The notes under the pieces were generated by a model. It saw nothing but the letters and a program-made list of their open reading frames with translations, made no database searches and had not been told where the DNA came from. 64,000 bases of DNA from Centroscyllium fabricii (lineage: Eukaryota), in NCBI GenBank assembly GCA_051313645.2, contig JBNRSN020000031.1, positions 8,184,001 through 8,248,000 of the forward strand, in the 5' to 3' direction. Shown one piece after another: positions 27,671 through 42,900 of the stretch (positions within the stretch are counted from its first letter, which is position 1; every line of letters starts with the position of its first letter). The position numbers and the translations under genes were made by a program.

Positions 27671-27722
27671 ATTATATTCACGTAATAACACGCTGAATTA
27701 TGATTGGCCCACAGGCATCTGT

Positions 27723-27980
27723 AAGGACTACCTATTATTTTCACTTAATCACATGTTGAGTTATCATTGGCCCACAGGCATCTGTAAGCACTACTTATTA
27801 TCTTCACGTAATAACATGCTGAGTTATCATTGGCCACAGGCATCTGGAAGGACTACCTATTATTTTCACTTAATCACATGTTGAGTTATCATTGGCCCAC
27901 AGGCATCTGTAAGCACTACTTATTATCTTCACGTAATAACATGCTGAGTTATCATTGGCCACAGGCATCTGGAAGGACTA
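27723..27980. repeat. Tandem duplication of a 125-bp dimer (63+62 bp) next to the element
   Basis: 27723-27855 is repeated at 27848-27980, including the rare variants ATTTTCACTTAATC and AAGCACTACTTATTATCTTC. Confidence 0.9.
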
Positions 27981-30900
27981 TCTATTATATTCACGTTATC
28001 ACATGCTGAGTTATCATTGGCCCACAGGCATCTGTAAGGACTACCTTTTATATTCACTTAATCACATGCTGAATTATCATTCGCCCACAGGCATCTGTAG
28101 GGACAACCTATTATATTCACGTAATCACATGCTGAGTTATCATTGGCCCACAGGCATCTGTAAGGACTACCTATTATATTCACGTAATCACATGCTGAGA
28201 TATCATTGGCCCACAGGCATCTGTAAGGACTACCTATTATATTCACGTAATCACATTCTGAGTTATCATTGGCCCACAGGCATCTGTAAGGACTACCTAT
28301 TATATTCACGTAATCACATGCTGAATTACCATTGGCCCACAGGCATCTGTAAGGACTACCTATCATATTCACGTAATCACATGCTGAGTTATCATTGGCC
28401 CACAGGCATCTGTAAGGACTACCTATTATATTCATGTAATCACATGCTGAGTTATCATTGGCCCACAGGCATCTGGAAGGACTACCTATTATATTCACGT
28501 AATCACATGCTGAATTATCATTGAACCAAAGGCATCTGTAAGGACTACTATTGTATTCACGTAATCACATGCTGAGTTATCATTGGCCCACAGGCATCTG
28601 TAAGGACTACCTATTATATTTACGTAATCACATGCTGAGTTATCATTGGCCCACAGGCATTTGGAAGGACTACCTATTATATTCACGTATTCACATGCTG
28701 AGTTATCATTGGCCCACAGGCATCTGTAAGGACTACCTTTTATATTCACGTAACCACATGCTGAGTTATCATTGGCCAACAGGCATCTGTAAGGACTACC
28801 TATTATATTCATGTAATCATATGCTGAGTTATCATCGGCCAACAGTCATCTGTAAGGACAACCTATTGTATTCAAGTAATCACATGCTGAGTTATCATTG
28901 GCCCACAGGCATCTGTAAGGACTACCTATTATATTCACATAATCACATGCTGAGTTATCATTGGCCCACAGGCGTCTGTAAGGACTACCTATTATATTCA
29001 CGTAATCACATGCTGAGTTATCATTGGCCCACAGGTATCTGTAAGGAATACCTATTATATTCACGTAATCACCTGCTGAGTTATCATTGTCCCACAGGCA
29101 TCTGGAAGGACTAACTATTATATTCACGTAATCACATGCTGAATTATCATTGGACCAAAGGCATCTGTAAGGACTACCTATTATATTCACGTAATCAAAT
29201 GCTGAGTTATCATTGGCCTGCAGGCATCTGTAAGAAATGCCTATTATATTCACGTAATCACATGCTGAGTTATAATTGGCCCACAGGCATCTGTAAGGAC
29301 TACCTATTATATTCACGTAATCACATGCTGAGTTATCATTGGCCACAGGCATCTGTAAAGACTACCTATTATATTCACGTAATCACATGCTGAGTTATCA
29401 TTGGCCCACAGGCATCTGTAAGGACTACCTTTTATATTCACGTAATCTCATGCTGAATTATCATTGGCCCACAGGCATCTGGAAGGACTACCTATTATAT
29501 TCACGTAATCACATGCTGAGTTATCATTGGCCCAAAGGCATCTGGAAGGACTACCTATTATATTCACGTAATCACATGCTGAAATATCATTGGACCAAAG
29601 GCATCTCTAAGGACTACCTATTATATTCACGTAATCACATGTTGAGTTATCATTGGCCCACAGTCATCTGTAAGGACTACCTATTATATTCACGTAATCA
29701 CATGCTGAATTATCATTGCGCACAGGCATCTGTAAGGACTACCTATTATATTCACGTAATCACATGCTGAGTTATCATTGGCCCAATGGCATCTGTAAGG
29801 ACTACTATTGTATTCACTTAACCACATGCTGAGTTATCATTGGCCGCAGGCATCTGTAAGGACTACCCATTATATTCACGTAATCACATGCTGTGTTATC
29901 ATTGGCCCATAGGCATCTGTAAGGACTACTATTGTATTCACGTAATCAAATGCTGAGTTATTATTGGCCTGCAGCCATCTGTAAGGACAACTATTATATT
30001 CACGTAATCACATGCTGAGTTATCATTGGCCCACAGGCATCTGTAAGGACTACCTATTATATTCACGTAATCACATGCTGAGTTATCATTGGCCCACAGA
30101 CATCTGTAAGGACTACCCTTTATATTCACGTAATCACATGCTGAGTTATCATTGGCCCACAGGCATCTGTAAGGACTACTATTGTATTCACGTAAACAAA
30201 TGCTGAGTTATTATTGGCCTGCAGGCATCTGTAAGGACTACTATTGTATTCACGTAATCAAATGCTGAGTTATCATTGGCCCACAGGCATCTGTAAGGAC
30301 TACTATTGTATTCACATAATCACATGCTGAGTTATCATTGGCCCGCAGGCATCTGTAAGGACTGCCTATTATATTCACGTAATCACACGCTGAGTTATCA
30401 TTGGCCCACAGGTATCTGTAAGGACTACTATTATATTCACGTAATCACATGCTGAGTTATCATTGGCCCACTGGCATCTGTAAGGACTACTATTGTATTC
30501 ACGTAATCAAATGTTGAGTTATCATTGGCCCACAGGCATCTGTAAGCACTACTATTGTATTCACGTAATCACATGCTGAGTTATCACTGGCCCACAGGCA
30601 TCTGTAAGGACTACCTATTATATTCACGTAATCACATGCTGAGTTATCATTGGCCACAGGCATCTGTAAAGACTACCTATTATATGCACGTAACCACATG
30701 CTGAGTTATCATTGGCCCACAGGCATCTGTAAGGACTACCTTTTATATTCACGTAATCTCATGCTGAATTATCATTGGCACACAGGCATCTGGAAGGACT
30801 ACCTATTATATTCACGTAATCACATGCTGAGTTATCATTGGCCCACAGGCATCTGGAAGGACTACCTATTATATTCACGTAATCACATGCTGAAATATCA

Positions 30901-33900
30901 TTGGACTAAAGGCATCTGTAAGGACTACCTATTATATTCACGTAATCACATGTTGAGTTATCATTGGCCCACAGGCATCTGTAAGGACTACCTATTATAT
31001 TCACGTAATCACATGCTGAATTATCATTGCGCACAGGCATCTGTAAGGACTACCTATTATATTCACGTAATCACATGCTGAGTTATCATTGGCCCAATGG
31101 CATCTGTAAGGACTACTATTGTATTCACTTAACCACATGCTGACTTATCATTGGCCGCAGGCATCTGTAAGGACTACCCATTATATTCACGTAATCACAT
31201 GCTGTGTTATCATTGGCCCATAGGCATCAGTAAGGACTACTATTGTATTCACGTAATCAAATGCTGAGTTATTATTGGCCTGCAGCCATCTGTAAGGACA
31301 ACTATTATATTCACGTAATCACATGCTGAGTTATCATTGGCCCACAGTCATCTGTAAGGACTACCTATTATATTCACGTAATCACATGCTGAGTTATCAT
31401 TGGCCCACAGACATCTGTAAGGACTACCCTTTATATTCACGTAATCACATGCTGAGTTATCATTGGCCCACAGGCATCTGTAAGGACTACTATTGTATTC
31501 ACGTAATCAAATGCTGAGTTATTATTGGCCTGCAAGCATCTGTAAGGACTACTATTGTATTCACGTAATCAAATGCTGAGTTATCATTGGCCCACAGGCA
31601 TCTGTAAGGACTACTATTGTATTCACGTAATCACATGCTGAGTTATCATTGGCCAGCAGGCATCTGTAAGGACTACCTATTATATTCACGTAATCACACG
31701 CTGAGTTATCATTGGCCCACAGGTATCTGTAAGGACTACTATTATATTCACGTAATCACATGCTGAGTTATCATTGGCCCACTGGCATCTGTAAGGACTA
31801 CTATTGTATTCACGTAATCACATGCTGAGTTATCATTGGCCCACAGGCATCTGTAAGGACTACCTATTATATTCACGTAATCCCATGCTGAGATATCATT
31901 GGCCCACAGGCATCTGTAAGGACTACCTATTATATTCACGTAATCACATGCTGAGTTATCATTGGCCCGCAGGCATCTGTAAGAGCTACCAATTATATTC
32001 ACGTGATCACATGCTGAGTTATCATTGGCCCACAGGCATCTGTAAGGACTACTATTGTATTCAATTAACCAAATGCTGAGTTATCATTGGCCCACAGGCA
32101 TCTGTAAGGACTACTATTATATTCACGTAATCACATGCTGAGTTATCATTGGCCCGCAGGCATCAGTAAGGACTACCTATTATATTCACGTAATCACACG
32201 CTGAGTTATCATTGGCCCACAGGCATCTGTAAGGACTGCCTATTATATTCACGTAATCACACGCTGAGTTATCATTGGCCCACAGGTATCTGTAAGGACT
32301 ACTATTATATTCACGTAATCACATGCTGAGTTATCATTGGCCCACTGGCATCTGTAAGGACTACTATTGTATTCACGTAATCAAATGCTGAGTTATCATT
32401 GGCCCACAGGCATCTGTAAGGACTACTATTGTATTCACGTAATCACATGCTGAGTTATCATTGGCCCGCAGGCATCTCTAAGGACTACCTATTATATTCA
32501 TGTAATCACATGCTGAATTATCATTGGACCAAAGGCATCTGTAAGGACTACCTACTATATTCACGTAATCACATGTTCAGTTATCATTGGGCCACAGGCA
32601 TCTGTAAGGACTACCTATTATATTCACGTAATCACAAGCTGAATTATCATTGCCCACAGGCATCTGTAAGGACCACCTATTATATTCACGTAATCACATG
32701 CTGAGTTATCATTGGCCCACTGGCATCTGTAAGGACTACTATTGTATTCACTTAACCACATGCTGAGTTATCATTGGCCGGAGGCATACGTAAGGACTAC
32801 CTATTATATTCACGTAATCACATGCTGAGTTATCATTGGCCCACAGGCATCTGTATGGACTAACTATTATATTCACGTAATCACATGCTGAGTTATCATT
32901 GGCCCACAGGCATCTGTAAGGTCTACCTATTATATTCACGTAATCACATGCAGCGATATCATTGGCCCACAGGCATCTGTAAGGACTACTATTATATTCA
33001 CGTAATCACATGCTGAGTTATCATTGGCCCACTGGCATCTGTAAGGACTACTATTGTATTCACGTAATCACATGCTGAGTTATCATTGGCCCACGGGCAT
33101 CTGTAAGGACTACCTATTATATTCACGTAATCCCATGCTGAGATATCATTGGCCCACAGGCATCTGTAAGGACTACCTATTATATTCACGTAATCACATG
33201 CTAAGTTATCGTTGGCCCACAGGCATCTGTAAGGACTACCTATTATATTCACGTAATCACATGCTGAATTATCATTGGCCCACAGGCATCTGTAATGACT
33301 ACCTATTATATTTACGTAATCACATGCTGAGTTATCATTGGCCCGCAGGCATCTGTAAGAGCTACCAATTATATTCACGTGATCACATGCTGAGTTATCA
33401 TTGGCCCACAGGCATCTGTAAGGACTACTATTGTATTCAATTAACCAAATGTTGAGTTATCATTGGCCCACAGGCATCTGTAAGGACTACTATTATATTC
33501 ACGTAATCACATGCTGAGTTATCATTGGCCCGCAGGCATCTGTAAGGACTACCTATTATATTCACGTAATCACACGCTGAGTTATCATTGGCCCACAGGC
33601 ATCTGTAAGGACTGCCTATTATATTCACGTAATCACACGCTGAGTTATCATTGGCCCACAGGTATCTGTAAGGACTACTATTATATTCACGTAATCACAT
33701 GCTGAGTTATCATTGGCCCACTGGCATCTGTAAGGACTACTATTGTATTCACGTAATCAAATGCTGAGTTATCATTGGCCCACAGGCATCTGTAAGGACT
33801 ACTATTGTATTCACGTAATCACATGCTGAGTTACCATTGGCCCGCAGGCATCTCTAAGGACTACCTATTATATTCATGTAATCACATGCTGAATTATCAT

Positions 33901-36900
33901 TGGACCAAAGGCATCTGTAAGGACTACCTACTATATTCACGTAATCACATGTTCAGTTATCATTGGGCCACAGGCATCTGTAAGGACTACCTATTATATT
34001 CACGTAATCACAAGCTGAATTATCATTGCCCACAGCCATCTGTAAGGACCACCTATTATATTCACGTAATCACATGCTGAGTTATCATTGGCCCACTGGC
34101 ATCTGTAAGGACTACTATTGTATTCACTTAACCACATGCTGAGTTATCATTGGCCGGAGGCATACGTAAGGACTACCTATTATATTCACGTAATCACATG
34201 CTGAGTTATCATTGGCCCACAGGCATCTGTATGGACTAACTATTATATTCACGTAATCACATGCTGAGTTATCATTGGCCCACAGGCATCTGTAAGGTCT
34301 ACCTATTATATTCACGTAATCACATGCAGCGATATCATTGGCCCACAGGCATCTGTAAGGACTACCTATTATATTCACGTAATCACATGCTGAATTATCA
34401 TTGGACCAAAGGCATCTGTAAGGAATACCTATTATATTCACGTAATCACTTGTTGAGTTATCATTGGCCCACAGGCATCTGTAAGGACTACCTATTATAT
34501 TCACGTAATCACATGCTGAATTATCATTGCCCACAGGTATCTGTAAGGACTACCTATTATATTCACGTAATCACATGCTGAGTTATCATTGGCCCACTGG
34601 CATCTGTAAGGACTACTATTGTATTCACTTAACCACATGCTGAGTTATCATTTGCCGCAGGCATCTGTAAGGACTACCCATTCTATTCATGTAATCACAT
34701 GCTGAGATATCATTGGCCCACAGGCATCTGTAAGGACTACTATTGTATTCACGTAATCAAATGCTGAGTTATCATTGGCCTGCAGGCATCTGTAAGGACA
34801 ACTATTATATTCACGTAATCACATGCTGAGATATCATTGGCCCACAGGCATTTGTAAGGACTATGTATTATATTCACGTAATCACATGCTGAGTTATCAT
34901 TGGCCCACAGGCATCTGTAAGAACTACCTATTATATTCACGTAATCACATGCTGAGTTATCATTGGCCCACAGGCATCTGTAAGAACTACCTATTATATT
35001 CACGAAATCCCATGCTGAGATATCATTGGCCCACAGGCATCTGTAAGGACTACCTATTATATTCACGTAATCACATGCTAAGTTATCGTTGGCCCACAGG
35101 CATCTGTAAGGACTACCTATTATATTCACGTAATCACATGCTGAATTATCATTGGCCCACAGGCATCTGTAATGACTACCTATTATATATACGTAATCAC
35201 ATGCTGAGTTATCATTGGCCCGCAGGCATCTGTAAGAGCTACCAATTATATTCACGTGATCACATGCTGAGTTATCATTGGCCCACAGGCATCTGTAAGG
35301 ACTACTATTGTATTCAATTAACCAAATGATGAGTTATCATTGGCCCACAGGCATCTGTAAGGACTACTATTGTATTCACGTAATCACATGCTGAGTTATC
35401 ATTGGCCCGCAGGCATCTGTAAGGACTACCTATTATATTCACGTAATCACACGCTGAGTTATCATTGGCTCACAGGCATCTGTAAGGACTACTATTATAT
35501 TCACGTAATCACATGCTGAGTTATCATTGGCCCACTGGCATCTGTAAGGACTACTATTGTATTCAAGTAATCAAATGCTGAGTTATCATTGGCCCACAGG
35601 CATCTGTAAGGACTACTATTGTATTCACGTAATCACATGCTGAGTTATCATTGGCCCGCAGGCATCTGTAAGGGCTCCTATTATATTCACGTAATCACAT
35701 GCTGAGTTTTCATTGGCCCACAGGCATCTGTAAGGACTACCTATTATATTCACGTAATCACATGCTGAATTATCATTGGCCCACAGGGATTTGTAAGGGC
35801 TACCTTTTATATTCACGTAATCACATGCTGAGTTATCATTGGCCCACAGGCATCTGTAAGGACTACCTATTTTATTCACGTAATCACATGATGAGATATC
35901 ATTGGCCCACAGGCATCTGTAAGGACTACCTATTATATTCCCGTAATAATATGCTGAGTTATCATTGGCCCATGGGCATCTGTAAGGACTATCTATTATA
36001 TTCACGTAATCAAATGCTGAGTTATCATTGGCCCACAGGCATCTGTAAGGACTACCTATTATATTCAGGTAATCACATGCTGAATTATCATTGGCCCACA
36101 GGCATCTGTAAGAACTACCTATTATATTCACGTAATCACATGCTGAGTTATCATTGGCCCACAGGCATCTGTAAGGACAACCTGTTATATTCACGTAATC
36201 CCATGCTTTGTTTTCATTGGCCCACAGGCATTTGGATGGACTACCTATTATATTCACGTAATCACATGCTGAGTTATCATTGGCCGGAGGCATACGTAAG
36301 GACTACCTATTATATTCACGTAATCACATGCTGAGTTATCATTGGCCCACAGGCATCTGTATGGACTAACTATTATATTCACGTAATCACATGCTGAGTT
36401 ATCATTGGCCCACAGGCATCTGTAAGGTCTACCTATTATATTCACGTAATCACATGCAGCGATATCATTGGCCCACAGGCATCTGGAAGGACTACCTATT
36501 ATATTCACGTAATCACATGCTGAATTATCATTGGACCAAAGGCATCTGTAAGGAATACCTATTATATTCACGTAATCACTTGTTGAGTTATCATTGGCCC
36601 ACAGGCATCTGTAAGGACTACCTATTATATTCACGTAATCACATGCTGAATTATCATTGCCCACAGGTATCTGTAAGGACTACCTATTATATTCACGTAA
36701 TCACATGCTGAGTTATCATTGGCCCACTGGCATCTGTAAGGACTACTATTGTATTCACTTAACCACATGCTGAGTTATCATTTGCCGCAGGCATCTGTAA
36801 GGACTACCCATTCTATTCATGTAATCACATGCTGAGATATCATTGGCCCACAGGCATCTGTAAGGACTACTATTGTATTCACGTAATCAAATGCTGAGTT

Positions 36901-39900
36901 ATCATTGGCCTGCAGGCATCTGTAAGGACAACTATTATATTCACCTAATCACATGCTGAGATATCATTGGCCCACAGGCATCTGTAAGGACTACCTATTA
37001 TATTCACGTAATCACATGCTGAGTTATCATTGGCCCACATGCATCTGTAAGGACTACCTATTATATTCACGTAATCACATGCTGAATTATCATTGCCCGC
37101 TGGCATCTGTAAGGACTACCAATTATATTCACGTGATCACATGCTGAGTTATCATTGGCCCAAAGGCATCTGTAAGGACTACTATTGTATTCACGTAATC
37201 AAATGCTGAGTTATCATTGGCCCACTGGCATCTGTAAGGAGAACCTATTATATTAAGGTAATCACATGCTGAATTATCATTGGCCCACAGGCATCTATAA
37301 GGACTACCTATTATATTAACGTAATCACATGCTGAGTTATCATTGGCCCACAGGCATCTGTAAGGACTACCTCTTATATTCATGTAATCACACGCTGAGT
37401 TATCATTGGCCCACAGGCATTTGTAAGGACTATGTATTATATTCACGTAATCACATGCTGAGTTATCATTGGCCCACAGGCATCTGTAAGAACTACCTAT
37501 TATATTCACGTAATCACATGCTGAGTTATCATTGGCCCACAGGCATCTGTAAGAACTACCTATTATATTCACGAAATCCCATGCTGAGATATCATTGGCC
37601 CACAGGCATCTGTAAGGACTACCTATTATATTCACGTAATCACATGCTAAGTTATCGTTGGCCCACAGGCATCTGTAAGGACTACCTATTATATTCACGT
37701 AATCACATGCTGAATTATCATTGGCCCACAGGCATCTGTAATGACTACCTATTATATATACGTAATCACATGCTGAGTTATCATTGGCCCGCAGGCATCT
37801 GTAAGAGCTACCAATTATATTCACGTGATCACATGCTGAGTTATCATTGGCCCACAGGCATCTGTAAGGACTACTATTGTATTCAATTAACCAAATGCTG
37901 AGTTATCATTGGCCCACAGGCATCTGTAAGGACTACTATTGTATTCACGTAATCACATGCTGAGTTATCATTGGCCCGCAGGCATCTGTAAGGACTACCT
38001 ATTACATTCACGTAATCACACGCTGAGTTATCATTGGCTCACAGGCATCTGTAAGGACTACTATTATATTCACGTAATCACATGCTGAGTTATCATTGGC
38101 CCACTGGCATCTGTAAGGACTACTATTGTATTCAAGTAATCAAATGCTGAGTTATCATTGGCCCACAGGCATCTGTAAGGACTACTATTGTATTCACGTA
38201 ATCACATGCTGAGTTATCATTGGCCCGCAGGCATCTGTAAGGGCTCCTATTATATTCACGTAATCACATGCTGAGTTTTCATTGGCCCACAGGCATCTGT
38301 AAGGACTACCTATTATATTCACGTAATCACATGCTGAATTATCATTGGCCCACAGGGATTTGTAAAGGCTACCTTTTATATTCACGTAATCACATGCTGA
38401 GTTATCATTGGCCCACAGGCATCTGTAAGGACTACCTATTTTATTCACGTAATCACATGATGAGATATCATTGGCCCACAGGCATCTGTAAGGACTACCT
38501 ATTATATTCCCGTAATAATATGCTGAGTTATCATTGGCCCATGGGCGTCTGTAAGGACTATCTATTATATTCACGTAATCAAATGCTGAGTTATCATTGG
38601 CCCACAGGCATCTGTAAGGACTACCTATTATATTCAGGTAATCACATGCTGAATTATCATTGGCCCACAGGCATCTGTAAGAACTACCTATTATATTCAC
38701 GTAATCACATGCTGAGTTATCATTGGCCCACAGGCATCTGTAAGGACAACCTGTTATATTCACGTAATCCCATGCTGAGTTTTCATTGGCCCACAGGCAT
38801 TTGGATGGACTACCTATTATATTCACGTAATCACATGCTGAGTTATCATTGGCCCACAGCCATCTGTAAGGACTACCTATTATATTCAGGTAATCACATG
38901 CTGAATTATCATTGGCCCACAGGCATCTGTAAGAACTACCTATTATATTCACGTAATCACATGCTGAGTTATCATTGGCCCACAGGCATCTGTAAGGACT
39001 ACTATTGTATTCACGTAATCAAATGCTGAGTTATCATTGGCCCACTGGCATCTGTAAGGAGAACCTATTATATTCAGGTAATCACATGCTGAATTATCAT
39101 TGGCCCACAGGCATCTATAAGGACTACCTATTATATTCACGTAATCACATGCTGAGTTATCATTGGCCCACAGGCATCTGTAAGGATTACCTCTTATATA
39201 CATGTAATCACACGCTGAGTTATCATTGGCCCACAGGCATTTGTAAGGACTACCTATTATATTCACGTAATCCCATGCTGAGATATCATTGGCCCACAGG
39301 CATCTGTAAGGACTACCTATTATATTCACGTAATCACATGCTAAGTTATCGTTGGCCCACAGGCACCTGTAAGGACTACCTATTATATTCACGTAATCAC
39401 ATGCTGAATTATCATTGGCCCACAGGCATCTGTAATGACTACCTATTATATTTACGTAATCACATGCTGAGTTATCATTGGCCCGCAGGCATCTGTAAGA
39501 GCTACCAATTATATTCACATGATCACATGCTGAGTTATCATTGGCCCACAGGCATCTGTAAGGACTACTATTGTATTCAATTAACCAAATGCTGAGTTAT
39601 CATTGGCACACAGGCATCTGTAAGGACTACTATTAACTTCACGTAATCACTTGCTGAGTTATCATTGGCCCGCAGGCATCTGTAAGGACTACCTATTATA
39701 TTCACGTAATCACACGCTGAGTTACCATTGGCCCACAGGCATCTGTAAGGACTGCCTATTATATTCACGTAATCACACGCTGAGTTATCATTGGCCCACA
39801 GGTATCTGTAAGGACTACTATTTTATTCACGTAATCACATGCTGAGTTATCATTGGCCCACTGGCATCTGTAAGGACTACTATTGTATTCACGTAATCAA

Positions 39901-42900
39901 ATGCTGAGTTATCATTGGCCCACAGGCATCTCTAAGGACTACCTATTATATTCTTGTAATCACATGCTGAATTATCATTGGACCAAAGGCATCTGTAAGG
40001 ACTACCTACTATATTCACGTAATCACATGTTCAGTTATCATTGGGCCACAGGCATCTGTAAGGACTACCTATTATATTCACGTAATCACAAGCTGAATTA
40101 TCATTGCCCACAGGCATCTGTAAGGACTACCTATTATATTCACGTAATCACATGCTGAGTTATCATTGGCCCAATGGCATCTGTAAGGACTACTATTGTA
40201 TTCACTTAACCACATGCTGAGTTATCATTGGCCGGAGGCATACGTAAGCACTACCTATTATATTCACGTAATCACATGCTGAGTTATCATTGGCCCACAG
40301 GTGTCTGTATGGACTAACTATTATATTCACGTAATCACATGCTGAGTTATCATTGGCCCACAGGCATCTGTAAGGTCTACCTATTATATTCACGTAATCA
40401 CATGCAGCGATATCATTGGCCCACAGGCATCTGGAAGGACTACCTAATATATTCACGTAATCACATGCTGAATTATCATTGGACTAAAGGCATCTGTAAG
40501 GACTACCTATTATATTCACGTAATCACTTGTTGAGTTATCATTGGCCCACAGGCATCTGTAAGGACTACCTATTATATTCACGTAATCACATGCTGAATT
40601 ATCATTGACCACAGGTATCTGTAAGGACTACCTATTATATTCACGTAATCACTTGCTGAGTTATCATTGGCCCACTGGCATCTGTAAGGACTACTATTGT
40701 ATTCACTTAACCACATGCTGAGTTATCATTTCCCGCAGGCATCGGTAAGGACTACCCATTCTATTCATGTAATCACATGCTGAGATATCATTGGCCCACA
40801 GGCATCTGTAAGGACTACTATTGTATTCACGTAATCACATGCTGAGTTATCATTGGCCCGCAGGCATCTGTAAGGACTACCTATTATATTCACGTAATCA
40901 CATGCTGAGTTATCATTCGCCCACAGGCATCTGTAAGGACTACTATTATATTAACGTAATCACATGCTGAGTTATCATTGGCCCACAGGCATCTGTAAGG
41001 ACTACCTTTTATATTCACTTAATCACATGCTGAATTATCATTCGCCCTCAGGCATTTGTAGGGACAACCTATTATATTCACGTAATCACATGCTGAGTTA
41101 TCATTGGCCCACAGGCATCTGTAAGGACTACCTATTATATTCACGTAATCACATGCTGAGATATCATTGGCCCACAGGCATCTGTAAGGACTACCTATTA
41201 TATTCACGTAATCACATGCTGAGTTATCATTGGCCCACAGGCATCTGTAAGGACTACCTATAATATTCACGTAATCACATGCTGAATTACCATTGGCCCA
41301 CAGGCATCTGTAAGGACTACCTATCATATTCACGTAATCACATGCTGAGTTATCATTGGCCCACAGGCATCTGTAAGGACTACCTATTATATTCATGTAA
41401 TCACATGCTGAGTTATCATTGGCCCACAGGCATCTGGAAGGACTACCTATTATATTCACGTAATCACATGCTGAATTATCATTGGACCAAAGGCATCTGT
41501 AAGGACTACTATTGTATTCACGTAATCACATGCTGAGTTATCATTGGCCCACAGGCATCTGTAAGGACTACCTATTATATTTACGTAATCACATGCTGAG
41601 TTATCATTGGCCCACAGGCATTTGGAAGGACTACCTATTATATTCACGTATTCACATGCTGAGTTATCATTGGCCCACAGGCATCTGTAAGGACTACCTT
41701 TTATATTCACGTAACCACATGCTGAGTTATCATTGGCCAACAGGCATCTGTAAGGACTACCTATTATATTCATGTAATCATATGCTGAGTTATCATCGGC
41801 CAACAGTCATCTGTAAGGACAACCTATTGTATTCAAGTAATCACATGCTGAGTTATCATTGGCCCACAGGCATCTGTAAGGACTACCTATTATATTCACA
41901 TAATCACATGCTGAGTTATCATTGGCCCACAGGCGTCTGTAAGGACTACCTATTATATTCACGTAATCACATGCTGAGTTATCATTGGCCCACAGGTATC
42001 TGTAAGGAATACCTATTATATTCACGTAATCACCTGCTGAGTTATCATTGTCCCACAGGCATCTGGAAGGACTAACTATTATATTCACGTAATCACATGC
42101 TGAATTATCATTGGACCAAAGGCATCTGTAAGGACTACCTATTATATTCACGTAATCACATGTTGAGTTATCATTGGCCCACAGGCATCTGTAAGGACTA
42201 CCTATTATATTCACGTAATCACATGCTGAGTTATCATTGGCCCACAGGCATCTGGAAGGACTATCTGTTATATTCACGTAATCACATGCTGAGTTATCAT
42301 TGGCCACAGGCATCTGTAAGGACAACCTATTATATTCACGTAATCACATGCTGAGTTATCATTGGCCTGCAGGCATCTGTAAGAAATGCCTATTATATTC
42401 ACGTAATCACATGCTGAGTTATCATTGGCCCACAGGCATCTGTAAGGACTACCTATTATATTCACGTAATCACATGCTGAGTTATCATTGGCCACAGGCA
42501 TCTGTAAAGACTACCTATTATATTGACGTAATCACATGCTGAGTTATCATTGGCCCACAGGCATCTGTAAGGACTACCTTTTATATTCACGTAATCTCAT
42601 GCTGAATTATCATTGGCCCACAGGCATCTGGAAGGACTACCTATTATATTCACGTAATCACATGCTGAGTTATCATTGGCCCAAAGGCATCTGGAAGGAC
42701 TACCTATTATATTCACGTAATCACATGCTGAAATATCATTGGACCAAAGGCATCTGTAAGGACTACCTATTATATACACGTAATCACATGTTGAGTTATC
42801 ATTGGCCCACAGTCATCTGTAAGGACTACCTATTATATTCACGTAATCACATGCTGAATTATCATTGCGCACAGGCATCTGTAAGGACTACCTATTATAT

